IMG/VR virus record: IMGVR_UViG_2802429219_000011
Span: 1-18,574 of that record
Length of the DNA stretch: 18,574 nucleotides
Direction: 5' to 3' (one strand)
Source: a virus
Lineage: Duplodnaviria; Heunggongvirae; Uroviricota; Caudoviricetes
Under the pieces are notes generated by a model. The model made no database searches, was not told where the DNA came from, and was given only the letters and a program-made list of their open reading frames with translations. This document shows positions 7,768 through 14,678 of the stretch, in pieces. The position numbers and the translations under genes are program-made. The first letter of the stretch is position 1; every line of letters begins with the position of its first letter.

Positions 7768-7928
7768 CGCTTTGATCTCCTGCGTTTCTTTGCTGCACGT
7801 CGTGCCGCTGCAATACCGGTATGGCGCTTTGGTGCCGGGATAATATTGTCAGCCATCATGACATGTGGAATAACTGTTAATGACGACGCCCAAAACCGCA
7901 CCAGATACGGCAATAAACAATTTTCCAT
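7764..7928 (-). CDS. Candidate 54-aa protein with a strongly basic C-terminus
   Basis: ATG at 7928-7926 with GAGGTG 9 nt upstream. Product MENCLLPYLVRFWASSLTVIPHVMMADNIIPAPKRHTGIAAARRAAKKRRRSKR. Stop overlaps the next start. Below the ORF-track cutoff. Confidence 0.3.
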   Translation of the reverse strand: MENCLLPYLVRFWASSLTVIPHVMMADNIIPAPKRHTGIAAARRAAKKRRRSKR

Positions 7929-8096
7929 TCGCATTTCTCACCTCAACTGACCTGAATATCAGTAATTGTTTGTTGCAACCATTCTTTAGTTAATTCTGCC
8001 ATTTTTATTACCGCCCTTTCGGGCGGCCTCCTGATGTTCTGAGGGTGCAGGAATCCCTCCGGTTAAGGATTAAATTTTTAACAGTGCTAAATTTAA

Positions 8097-8453
8097 TTAT
8101 TCAGTTCTTGATTTTGTCGCCCTGCGTATCCGCACTTTCGCGTTACGCTCAATCTGAATTAGCTTTTCTATATTTTTCCGCCGTTCCTGTTCCTCCTGGC
8201 GCAATAACCTTACATCATCTGCCAGCCTGGTTTCTCTTTTAGCCACAGAGAGCATCCAGTCAAATGGCTCCACAACTGCACCGCAGATTTTACAGCGGAC
8301 CTGACGCTCTTTTTCGTCAACCCGGACAGAGGCGTGATGGCAATATGGTCTTTCCGATGGCTCATAAAGAAAATTAACTTGATTACGTGGGTCATCCTCT
8401 TTTACCGGAAATAAAACGATATTGCTTAACTCATCTTCTGGTTTTATTTCCAT
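8097..8453 (-). CDS. Hypothetical nin-region protein with a Cys/His cluster and a charged coiled-coil-like tail
   Basis: ATG at 8453-8451 with strong SD AAGGAGAGGAG. CHH ... CKIC spacing suggests a small zinc ribbon; the C-terminus is E/R/K-rich. Confidence 0.55.
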   Translation of the reverse strand: MEIKPEDELSNIVLFPVKEDDPRNQVNFLYEPSERPYCHHASVRVDEKERQVRCKICGAVVEPFDWMLSVAKRETRLADDVRLLRQEEQERRKNIEKLIQIERNAKVRIRRATKSRTE

Positions 8454-8510
8454 GCTCCTCTCCTTTGATGCGAATGCCAGCGGTAATTGAAACCTGATAG
8501 CTAATTTCAC

Positions 8511-8939
8511 TCACAGTACCGCCTCCTGAAAATTACCCTGATAGAAAGCCAGTACACGCTGCATAGCTTCGCTCTTCCGGCACTCGCGACAGATTATGTT
8601 CAGATGTCTGTCGTAGCGGCGTATTTCTCCGTCTGGTAACTTTCGAATCAGTGTCTGGTCAGTTGTTTTCTCCGGTGTCTTACGCCATTCACGATACGCC
8701 TGCTCTGATGCAAAAACACCGTATTCCCCGGACATGTATAAATCACCACAAGCCAGTACATCCACAAGGCAGCGTCGGACCGAATGCCAGCCAGCTCCCG
8801 TCGCTCTCTCCAGTTGCGACATCGTCATGCGTTCATTTTTGCGTACCAACCCGATAATTCGTGCCTTCAGCTCTTCCCGCTGTTCGGGTGTAAAAACTTT
8901 TGCCACAAGCCCTCCTGAAAAATCACCTTCACAATTCAT
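8511..8939 (-). CDS. ren: Ren-like protein
   Basis: Start ATG overlaps the P-like stop (ATGA), as for lambda P/ren. C-terminus ICRECRKSEAMQRVLAFY parallels lambda Ren FKECRQSAAMKRVLAVY as I recall it. Confidence 0.55.
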   Translation of the reverse strand: MNCEGDFSGGLVAKVFTPEQREELKARIIGLVRKNERMTMSQLERATGAGWHSVRRCLVDVLACGDLYMSGEYGVFASEQAYREWRKTPEKTTDQTLIRKLPDGEIRRYDRHLNIICRECRKSEAMQRVLAFYQGNFQEAVL

Positions 8940-9601
8940 ACAAAACCAGCTGCCTTCCGGCGTTCATACTCCCGTTTCAGCAACTCAATTGGTGTTGGCC
9001 CCGACGGGCGTTTGGGTGCCGCCAGTTGTCGCCGGACTGGCGGAACGCTCAGGCCGTTACTAACATGCTTTGCCCATTTCGTCAGTTGCCGTTCTGCAAG
9101 CCGTTTTAACTCCCCTTCGGTCATCTGCCGCTCAATCCCCTTTGAACGCATCTCGAGACAAATGTGATACAGCACAGGCTGAGGCCACGGATATTTATCG
9201 CTTCCGTCGTATCGCCAGGACTCATTGCGCCAGCGGCGGTACTCCTCCATCACAGCATCCACCGTCAGACCAAATGGATTTGCCCCACTCTCCAAAATCA
9301 GCGCCACAAACTCAGCCAGGTCCGGAGGCCATGTTTCACCCGCCCGGCAGCGATCCATGCACTGGCGGCAGACCTGCCGGATTTGCTGCTCAGTCATCGC
9401 GCCAATCTGTGCAATCCAGAGCTTCGAAGGTGCGGCCCCGTTCTTCTGGGTCCAGCGGTTCGAATAAACCTCCCCCATGAGTTCCCACAACTTCCACGCC
9501 GTTTCCGTCGCGGATAAATCCGTTTTCACGTTCCCACTGCTCACGTGCTGCCCGAATTTCCTGAACTGCCCGTGATGCGGTGCCACCTGGCGTTGCTGCA
9601 T
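8936..9601 (-). CDS. Lambda P-like replication protein (helicase loader)
   Basis: ATG at 9601-9599 with GGGGG upstream; 221 aa. The block WPPDLAEFVAL ... YPWPQPVLYHICLEM ... MTEGELKRLAERQL parallels lambda P (FLPSPGQFVAW ... YPWKSNAHYWLV ... LTDAELRRKAADEL). Its first ~70 codons overlap the O-like frame. Confidence 0.7.
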   Translation of the reverse strand: MQQRQVAPHHGQFRKFGQHVSSGNVKTDLSATETAWKLWELMGEVYSNRWTQKNGAAPSKLWIAQIGAMTEQQIRQVCRQCMDRCRAGETWPPDLAEFVALILESGANPFGLTVDAVMEEYRRWRNESWRYDGSDKYPWPQPVLYHICLEMRSKGIERQMTEGELKRLAERQLTKWAKHVSNGLSVPPVRRQLAAPKRPSGPTPIELLKREYERRKAAGFV

Positions 9602-10430
9602 GGTTTACCCCCTTGCTGACTGGTTTAACCTGCGCCCTGACGTGATTTACGTGACGGGCGAATTTCTGCTCCCACTGAATCTGCGTAAATACTTTCCCCT
9701 CCGCTGCCCAGTAGTCCCGGAAGGCGGCAAGTTCAGCAGGTGTAAATTCTGTCTCCGGCAAAGCCATCCCCCACAACGCAGCCCGTCGTCGAAAATCCCG
9801 TGACGGATACCAGCTATCGGTCATCGGAAATTTTCCGATGGGTTCGCTCAGGCCATCCAGGAATACAGGGGGTGCTGCCTGTAACGACAAAACTTCCTGC
9901 TCACTGGTCGGAGCACTCTCGCGTGCGTTATGTGTGGGGGTTAGATCTTTGGGTTCCTTTGGGTTCCGTGATCCGTTTTTGGGTGTCTTTGATGGAAAAT
10001 TTGGGTGTCTTTGGTTATTTTCCATGCAGTTAAGAGTTCCGTTTTTGGGTCTGTTTTGTGCTGAAACATAACCATTTTCGGTACTGTTTTTATTAACAGC
10101 ACCAATTTTACCCACCTTTAAAGACTCCCGTTTTTGGGTGTATTCAGGCTCGGCAACACTTTCTTCTACACCGATAAGTCGGTACACCACAATTTGCTTT
10201 GTTCTGCCTTTTCTCTCACCGGTATCAACAATTAACCCAATCTCCATCAGGTGTCGTAAGCTGTCCTGCACAGTCTTTTTGTTCAGTTCCGTTACTTCTG
10301 CCAGGGCAGATACAGACGGGTATGCACACAAATCGGCACCGCACATATCAGCAAGCCAGGTCAATACTGACTTACTGGATGAACTGCCGGTTTTCACCTT
10401 TTTAGCCCATCGTAGTGCATCGATACTCAT
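9390..10430 (-). CDS. Phage replication initiator (O-like): N-terminal winged-HTH domain and DnaT-like C-terminal region
   Basis: The ORF track starts at a TTG (10505); I prefer the ATG at 10430-10428 (MSIDALRWAKKV...) preceded by GGGG. The N-terminus matches the phage replication-protein HTH pattern (LTWLADMCGADL ... PSVSALAEVTELNKKTVQDSLRHL). Contains the iteron array. Confidence 0.65.
   Translation of the reverse strand: MSIDALRWAKKVKTGSSSSKSVLTWLADMCGADLCAYPSVSALAEVTELNKKTVQDSLRHLMEIGLIVDTGERKGRTKQIVVYRLIGVEESVAEPEYTQKRESLKVGKIGAVNKNSTENGYVSAQNRPKNGTLNCMENNQRHPNFPSKTPKNGSRNPKEPKDLTPTHNARESAPTSEQEVLSLQAAPPVFLDGLSEPIGKFPMTDSWYPSRDFRRRAALWGMALPETEFTPAELAAFRDYWAAEGKVFTQIQWEQKFARHVNHVRAQVKPVSKGVNHAATPGGTASRAVQEIRAAREQWERENGFIRDGNGVEVVGTHGGGLFEPLDPEERGRTFEALDCTDWRDD
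9948..10146. repeat. Iteron array (putative origin of replication) inside the O-like gene
   Basis: TTTGGGT core at 9948, 9958, 9978, 10000, 10044 and 10133. Longer copies CCGTTTTTGGGTGTCTTTG (9973-9991), AAATTTGGGTGTCTTTGG (9997-10014), TCCGTTTTTGGGTCTGTTTTG (10038-10058), CCCGTTTTTGGGTGTATTC (10128-10146). A moderately AT-rich stretch lies at 10061-10120. Confidence 0.6.
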
Positions 10431-10953
10431 ACGAACCCCAGACAGACATTTGTTTATCTGCAAAATAATGTTGGTATTGCTGACGATACGCATGCTTGAA
10501 AGCAATAGCTTTTTCTATAAGCTCGTCAGTCTCACGTTCCACAACAGCGGGATCCGCAAAAAGCAGCCCGGACTCCACCACATCGCCATATTCTTTGTTT
10601 AACCCGGCGATCATGTACGTAATGCTTTTTCCGTCAGTAATTTCACAATACAACCTGAAATCACTGATCCGGATAGCCTCCATAATTGCCGGAATCAACG
10701 CCGTGAATTTTTCACGCTTATCCCTGGTGTCAATAGCTTTCCAGCGTTCGAATATCTTCACTCTGTTAACGCCAAGCGCCCGTTGATCAACCGCGCCATC
10801 ATCAAATGTGACACGTTGAACATCGATGTTCGGGCGTTCTTTCAGAGTCCAGAATGCCTCTGTGATTAATATCGTCGCCTGCTCCTGCGTCATTCCTGGT
10901 CGACATACCCAGGCATCCAGAGCCTCGCGAGCCTGCTCAGGAGTGAATATCAT
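10402..10953 (-). CDS. Hypothetical early protein between cro-like and O-like genes (cII/YdaT position)
   Basis: ATG at 10953-10951 overlaps the last 17 nt of the cro-like gene. 183 aa, no motif recognised with confidence. Confidence 0.5.
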   Translation of the reverse strand: MIFTPEQAREALDAWVCRPGMTQEQATILITEAFWTLKERPNIDVQRVTFDDGAVDQRALGVNRVKIFERWKAIDTRDKREKFTALIPAIMEAIRISDFRLYCEITDGKSITYMIAGLNKEYGDVVESGLLFADPAVVERETDELIEKAIAFKHAYRQQYQHYFADKQMSVWGSYEYRCTTMG

Positions 10954-11209
10954 TGTTCACCGCCAGTGATTCATTCGACATACACTTATTTCCACAAGGT
11001 AGTCCATCTGTTGGGTTGGGATAAATGTCAGGGCGAATTTCATGCGGGGTAACTTCCCACTTCATTAACTGGCATAACGGAATTACCTGCTTTGGGGGAA
11101 CGCCAAAGCTAAACCATTGCCAAACGGTCTGTTGAGCGACCCCCATATAGCGACCTATTTCAGCTTGAGTGTATTTCTGCCTAATTTTTTCGCGAGTGCT
11201 ATCTAGCAT
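10937..11209 (-). CDS. Cro-like HTH regulator (YdaS-type)
   Basis: ATG at 11209-11207 with strong SD AGAGGAGGG. HTH segment TQAEIGRYMGVAQQTVWQW. Divergent from the repressor gene. Confidence 0.7.
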   Translation of the reverse strand: MLDSTREKIRQKYTQAEIGRYMGVAQQTVWQWFSFGVPPKQVIPLCQLMKWEVTPHEIRPDIYPNPTDGLPCGNKCMSNESLAVNNDIHS

Positions 11210-11244
11210 TTTGCCCTCCTCTGAAAACTATAAACAAAGCCTAC

Positions 11245-11279
11245 AATAAAAAACTGTACGCAATCAACAGTTTTTTATT
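11245..11279. promoter_or_regulatory. Operator: perfect 13-bp inverted repeat with 9-bp spacer in the divergent cro/repressor control region
   Basis: AATAAAAAACTGT (11245-11257), spacer ACGCAATCA, ACAGTTTTTTATT (11267-11279). Confidence 0.6.
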
Positions 11280-11317
11280 GTGATGCTTTTAACAGTATTT
11301 ACCTGTAAAATTGAATA

Positions 11318-11719
11318 ATGATGAACGCCCTAGAAGTATCTATGTACAGAATCAGCAAGCTTCTTCAGGAAACTGGATGGAGCCAGGCTGAACTTGCCCG
11401 TAGAATTGGTGTGACACAACAAACAGTTCAACAATGGGTCAGCGGTAAGGCTACGCCTAAAGCCTCAAGTTTGGATAAACTGGTTGAGGTTACAGGGCAT
11501 CCATTGCATTGGTTTTTATTGCCTCCTGATGAGGGGGAGCAAATTTTCACCCCTGACACAATGAAAATTGGTCCTCGCCAACGCGAACTGCTCCAAGCTT
11601 TTAGTGCGTTTCCAGAGGAAGACCAAGAAAAAATGCTTCAAGAAATCAAAGACAAGAAAAAATCAATGGAAGAAACTATTGCCCGATGGTTGGCGGCACA
11701 AAAAAGCCGCCGGGCGTGA
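11318..11719 (+). CDS. Prophage repressor, XRE-family HTH (DicA/PaaR2-like)
   Basis: HTH segment SQAELARRIGVTQQTVQQWVSG. C-terminal region (SAFPEEDQEKMLQEIKDK) parallels DicA (NALPESEQDTQLAEMRAR) as I recall it. Divergent from cro-like and directly upstream of the antitoxin/toxin pair. Confidence 0.7.
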   Translation: MMNALEVSMYRISKLLQETGWSQAELARRIGVTQQTVQQWVSGKATPKASSLDKLVEVTGHPLHWFLLPPDEGEQIFTPDTMKIGPRQRELLQAFSAFPEEDQEKMLQEIKDKKKSMEETIARWLAAQKSRRA

Positions 11720-11746
11720 CCACTGTACAAGAAGAGGAGTTATGCC

Positions 11747-11938
11747 ATGAGTACAGCCCTTTCTCCGATAGTTTCAGAATTCGAAACTACCGAACAAGAA
11801 AACAGTTACAACGAATGGTTGCGCGCTAAAGTGACGTTAAGCCTTGCAGACCCTCGCCCCGCAATTCCACATGACGAGGTAATGGCTGAAATGGAAAATC
11901 TTATTGCTCAAATTGCTGCAACTAACAGGAGCGAGTAA
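11747..11938 (+). CDS. Small antitoxin (PaaA2-like, 63 aa)
   Basis: Stop overlaps the ParE start (TAATG). Size, position between a DicA-like regulator and ParE, and acidic composition fit the paaR2-paaA2-parE2 arrangement reported in E. coli O157 prophages. Confidence 0.55.
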   Translation: MSTALSPIVSEFETTEQENSYNEWLRAKVTLSLADPRPAIPHDEVMAEMENLIAQIAATNRSE

Positions 11939-12225
11939 TGTTACCCATTTTATGGCTACCATCTGCTCGCGATGATTTGCGTCAGGTCGTAACCTATATT
12001 GCTAAGGAAAACATTCCTGCAGCACGCAGACTAAAAATACGTATTGAAACGTCTGTTTTAACCCTCTCTGAGCACCCATATCTATATCCGCTAAGTGATC
12101 GAGTATCCGGTTTGCGGGAACTTGTGGTTCACCCTAATTATATCGTGTTGTACCGAGTAGCAACTTCAAGCATTGAAATTGCGAATATTGTGCATGCCCG
12201 TCGACAATTTCCCTTCTCTATCTGA
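11938..12225 (+). CDS. parE: ParE/RelE-superfamily toxin
   Basis: Product MLPILWLPSARDDLRQVVTYIAKEN ... LSEHPYLYP ... GLRELVVHPNYIVLYRVATSSIEIANIVHARRQFP fits the ParE pattern (W-P-A-DL---YI ... G-REL-V--NY---YR ... I-I--I-H-R). Confidence 0.8.
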   Translation: MLPILWLPSARDDLRQVVTYIAKENIPAARRLKIRIETSVLTLSEHPYLYPLSDRVSGLRELVVHPNYIVLYRVATSSIEIANIVHARRQFPFSI

Positions 12226-12241
12226 GCCGAACAATTTCCAT

Positions 12242-12266
12242 ACTCCCTCATTCGAGGGAGTTTTTT
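12242..12266 (+). terminator. Intrinsic terminator after parE
   Basis: ACTCCCTC(12242-12249)-ATTC-GAGGGAGT(12254-12261) hairpin followed by T6 (12261-12266). Confidence 0.55.
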
Positions 12267-12278
12267 GTCTAAGACAAC

Positions 12279-12320
12279 AATTAAAAACTGTTGACACAAA
12301 ACAGTTTTTAATTGTAGATT
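12279..12320 (+). promoter_or_regulatory. Second operator copy overlapping a strong candidate promoter for the dicB-type operon
   Basis: AATTAAAAACTGT (12279-12291), 9-bp spacer, ACAGTTTTTAATT (12301-12313). Consensus -35 TTGACA (12291-12296) sits inside the operator, with TAGATT -10 at 12315-12320 (18-bp spacer). Confidence 0.55.
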
Positions 12321-12496
12321 ATTTTTACCAACCCACCCCGCCCCACAGAATGCAGGGCAATACTTCGAGTTACCAGGCAGTGGTCAGGGGTTAAGTAGCC
12401 AGCCCGAGGCGTAAGAACATGACGGCAGGGTTCAACTTTAACTATGCAGCAGGTTTTTGTTCCGCTACCCCGGCGTTAAGGGGAAATGAGGTCAAC

Positions 12497-12652
12497 ATGG
12501 ATACTATCGATCTTGGCAACAACGAATCTCTGGTGTACGGCGTGTTTCCCAACCAGGACGGCACGTTCACCGCGATGACGTATACCAAAAGCAAAATGTT
12601 TAAAACCGAAAATGGTGCCCGTCGCTGGCTGGAAAGAAACTCAGGTGAGTGA
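12497..12652 (+). CDS. ydfA: YdfA-like small protein (51 aa)
   Basis: ATG at 12497 with GAGG 5 nt upstream. Product MDTIDLGNNESLVYGVFPNQDGTFTAMTYTKSK... matches my recollection of Qin YdfA. The ORF-track start (12419) is an upstream in-frame extension. Confidence 0.65.
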   Translation: MDTIDLGNNESLVYGVFPNQDGTFTAMTYTKSKMFKTENGARRWLERNSGE

Positions 12653-12653
12653 T

Positions 12654-12782
12654 ATGGATTTCGACACAATCATGGAAAAGGCTTACGAAGAATACTTCGA
12701 AGGCCTTGCCGAAGGCGAAGAAGCTCTCAGCTTCAGTGAGTTTAAACAGGCGCTTTACAGTTCGGCAAAATCTATCGACTAA
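12654..12782 (+). CDS. ydfB: YdfB-like small acidic protein (42 aa)
   Basis: ATG at 12654, 1 nt after the ydfA-like stop. Product MDFDTIMEKAYEEYFEGLAEGEEALSFSEFKQALYSSAKSID. Below the ORF-track cutoff. Confidence 0.55.
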   Translation: MDFDTIMEKAYEEYFEGLAEGEEALSFSEFKQALYSSAKSID

Positions 12783-12793
12783 CGGGGTTATAG

Positions 12794-13432
12794 ATGGAAT
12801 TTAAAGAGTTACCAAAAGAAATCAAGGTGATTGCAGCGCATGCACTTTGTCAACGTCTGTCCGAAGTTGAATTAGAATCTGCAACGAAGAAAGACATTGA
12901 TAATATGGCTCGTAATGTGCGCGATGCGTTTACCGGATTGTATTTCTGTTCGTCTGTAAATAAACACGACTCAGAGAGTGTGGCAAAGAAAATTGCAGAA
13001 ACGACAGCGCAAAACATCAATACGAAACCAATGAAAGAAGAAATTGATCAGTTTGCTCATGATGCTGGTTTAAAAAACAAGAAAGAAAAATCGCCATACG
13101 CGGGAAATATGTTTGTTTATGACAATCTCATCAGAATCCGTGGCAAGATTCCGGCTGAATACCTGACAAAAGTTCATCAGGCATTGCTTAAGAACCTGGA
13201 AACAGAAGTATTTGATGGCAACGCCAACGGATCCTTCAGAGTGTCAACTCTTGCGAAAGAATGGGATACAGAGAATAGCTGGAATGTTGCGACGTGGATG
13301 TTCAGTAACAGAGCTTCAGCCCTGGAAGCAGCAACATGTATTTGTGACCTGTTAAAAGCAGACCACAAATACAACCTTGATGTATACAGCTATATTTACG
13401 CTGAACACTATCCGCTCTGGATTGACTGGTAA
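12794..13432 (+). CDS. Hypothetical 212-aa protein, AT-rich cargo gene in the ydfC position
   Basis: ATG at 12794 preceded by GGGGTTATAG. No motif recognised. Visibly more AT-rich than its neighbours. Stop abuts the stop of the convergent 69-aa gene. Confidence 0.6.
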   Translation: MEFKELPKEIKVIAAHALCQRLSEVELESATKKDIDNMARNVRDAFTGLYFCSSVNKHDSESVAKKIAETTAQNINTKPMKEEIDQFAHDAGLKNKKEKSPYAGNMFVYDNLIRIRGKIPAEYLTKVHQALLKNLETEVFDGNANGSFRVSTLAKEWDTENSWNVATWMFSNRASALEAATCICDLLKADHKYNLDVYSYIYAEHYPLWIDW

Positions 13433-13642
13433 TTACAGGGCGGTGCCAGCAGGGCCACGACGACCAACACCACGATTGTAATCAATGATGCCATTATAAA
13501 GCACATTGTTTAATTTATCGTCAAATGCTGATTTCGTGAGCCTTAACTCTGAATGGTTTTTTAATAACCCTGATTGCCTGAGTTGATTAACCAGACATTC
13601 AATCTGTTTTTCAATAAGCGGATGTATTGGTCTGTTTGGCAT
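13433..13642 (-). CDS. Hypothetical 69-aa protein, convergent with the 212-aa gene
   Basis: ATG at 13642-13640 with GGAGG 5-6 nt upstream (the ORF-track start at 13654 lies inside the SD). Product MPNRPIHPLIEKQIECLVNQLRQSGLLKNHSELRL...; no family recognised. Confidence 0.45.
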   Translation of the reverse strand: MPNRPIHPLIEKQIECLVNQLRQSGLLKNHSELRLTKSAFDDKLNNVLYNGIIDYNRGVGRRGPAGTAL

Positions 13643-13964
13643 TTTATCCTCCATTGAGGTTCTGGGTTAAAAATGGAGACCAACACGCTGCCACGTGTAG
13701 TCGTGCGCCGGACACGGATAAGAATCCGGCACTGACAGTTTACTGAAAGGATATATCCCTGAAAAGTCAGGGCATAACGCGAAAGCGCACGGCGAAGTTC
13801 TTCTGTCTGTACGGTGTCGTTAAATTTAATTCGACCGTGCGCTTCCGGTTGTGGCAATCCGCGAAATGGCGCGGCGGTAAGTATGGCGGGGTTATCCTTA
13901 CCCCATTAGTGGCACCGGGTTGTCAGGTTGACCATACGCCTGAGTGACAACCCCGCCACAACAA

Positions 13965-14026
13965 CCCATGTTGATTACCTTTTGGCGGGTATCCGTTTTG
14001 TTTTCCCCGTGATACCCGCCCTTTTT
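13965..14026 (+). ncRNA. DicF-like small RNA (divergent homolog), 3' end defined by an intrinsic terminator
   Basis: Perfect 10-bp stem GGCGGGTATC (13984-13993)/GATACCCGCC (14011-14020) with T5 at 14022-14026, in the conserved ydfABC-dicF-dicB operon position. TTTGGCGG-TATC ... CCGTGA ... CCGCCCTTTTT resembles my recollection of DicF. The 5' end is a guess. Confidence 0.4.
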
Positions 14027-14209
14027 AAAGTGAATTTTGTGATGCGGTGAATGCGGCTCAGCGCACGCGGAACAGTTAAAAAGGCCAGTTGACTTCCGTA
14101 TTGGTTCTTATGGGTGGGTTCTCTGTATCCGGCGTTAATTATTAACTGGTTAACGTCACCTGGAGGCACCAGGCACCGCATCACAAAATTCATTGTTGAG
14201 GACGCGATA

Positions 14210-14392
14210 ATGGAAACGTTATTACCAAACGTCAATACGTCTGAAGGTTGTTTTGAAATTGGTGTCAGAATCAGTAACCCTGTATTTACTGAAGATGCCA
14301 TTAATAAGAGAAAACACGAACGGGAGCTATTAAATCAAATATGCATTGTTTCAATGCTGGCCCGTTTACGCCTGATGCAAAAAGGACGCTGA
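14210..14392 (+). CDS. dicB: DicB cell-division inhibitor
   Basis: ATG at 14210 with GAGGA 8 nt upstream. Product METLLPNVNTSEGCFEIGVRISNPVFTEDAINKRKHERELLNQICIVSMLARLRLMQKGR, 60 aa, nearly identical to my recollection of DicB. Confidence 0.85.
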   Translation: METLLPNVNTSEGCFEIGVRISNPVFTEDAINKRKHERELLNQICIVSMLARLRLMQKGR

Positions 14393-14394
14393 CA

Positions 14395-14598
14395 ATGAAT
14401 ACAGCATTTGCACTCGTTCTGACAGTTTTTCTTAATACAGGCGAACCAGTCGATCTTGTTATTGGTATACATGACTCAATGAAAGAATGCATGGCTGCCG
14501 CAGCGGAACAGAAAATTCCCGGCAACTGTTATCCGGTTGATAAAGTTATTCGCATGGACAATAACGAAATCCCGGCAGGACTTAAAGCAGCACCGTAA
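14395..14598 (+). CDS. ydfD: YdfD-like small protein (N-terminal hydrophobic segment; lysis-associated in Qin)
   Basis: ATG at 14395 directly after the dicB stop, AAGGA upstream. Product MNTAFALVLTVFLNTGEPVDL ... KIPGNCYPVDKVI, consistent with Qin YdfD as I recall it. Confidence 0.65.
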   Translation: MNTAFALVLTVFLNTGEPVDLVIGIHDSMKECMAAAAEQKIPGNCYPVDKVIRMDNNEIPAGLKAAP

Positions 14599-14678
14599 TT
14601 AATATCCGGTTTCATTTTTAGATGCCAGCAATGGCAGGGATTTGTTCACCCTTAAATCTGTAATGAGGTTAAAACAAA

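Noticed and set aside
9070-10071. Plus-strand ORFs antisense to the O-like and P-like genes
   Set aside because: GC-rich antisense frames with low-complexity products (Pro/Ser/Arg-rich) and no translation signals.
9948-10146. Repeat array considered as a CRISPR array
   Set aside because: The repeats are short, irregularly spaced, imperfect and lie inside a coding region; they behave as replication iterons, not CRISPR repeats.
13561-13857. 98-aa minus-strand ORF
   Set aside because: It overlaps the SD-supported 69-aa gene in another frame and begins inside the structured non-coding interval.
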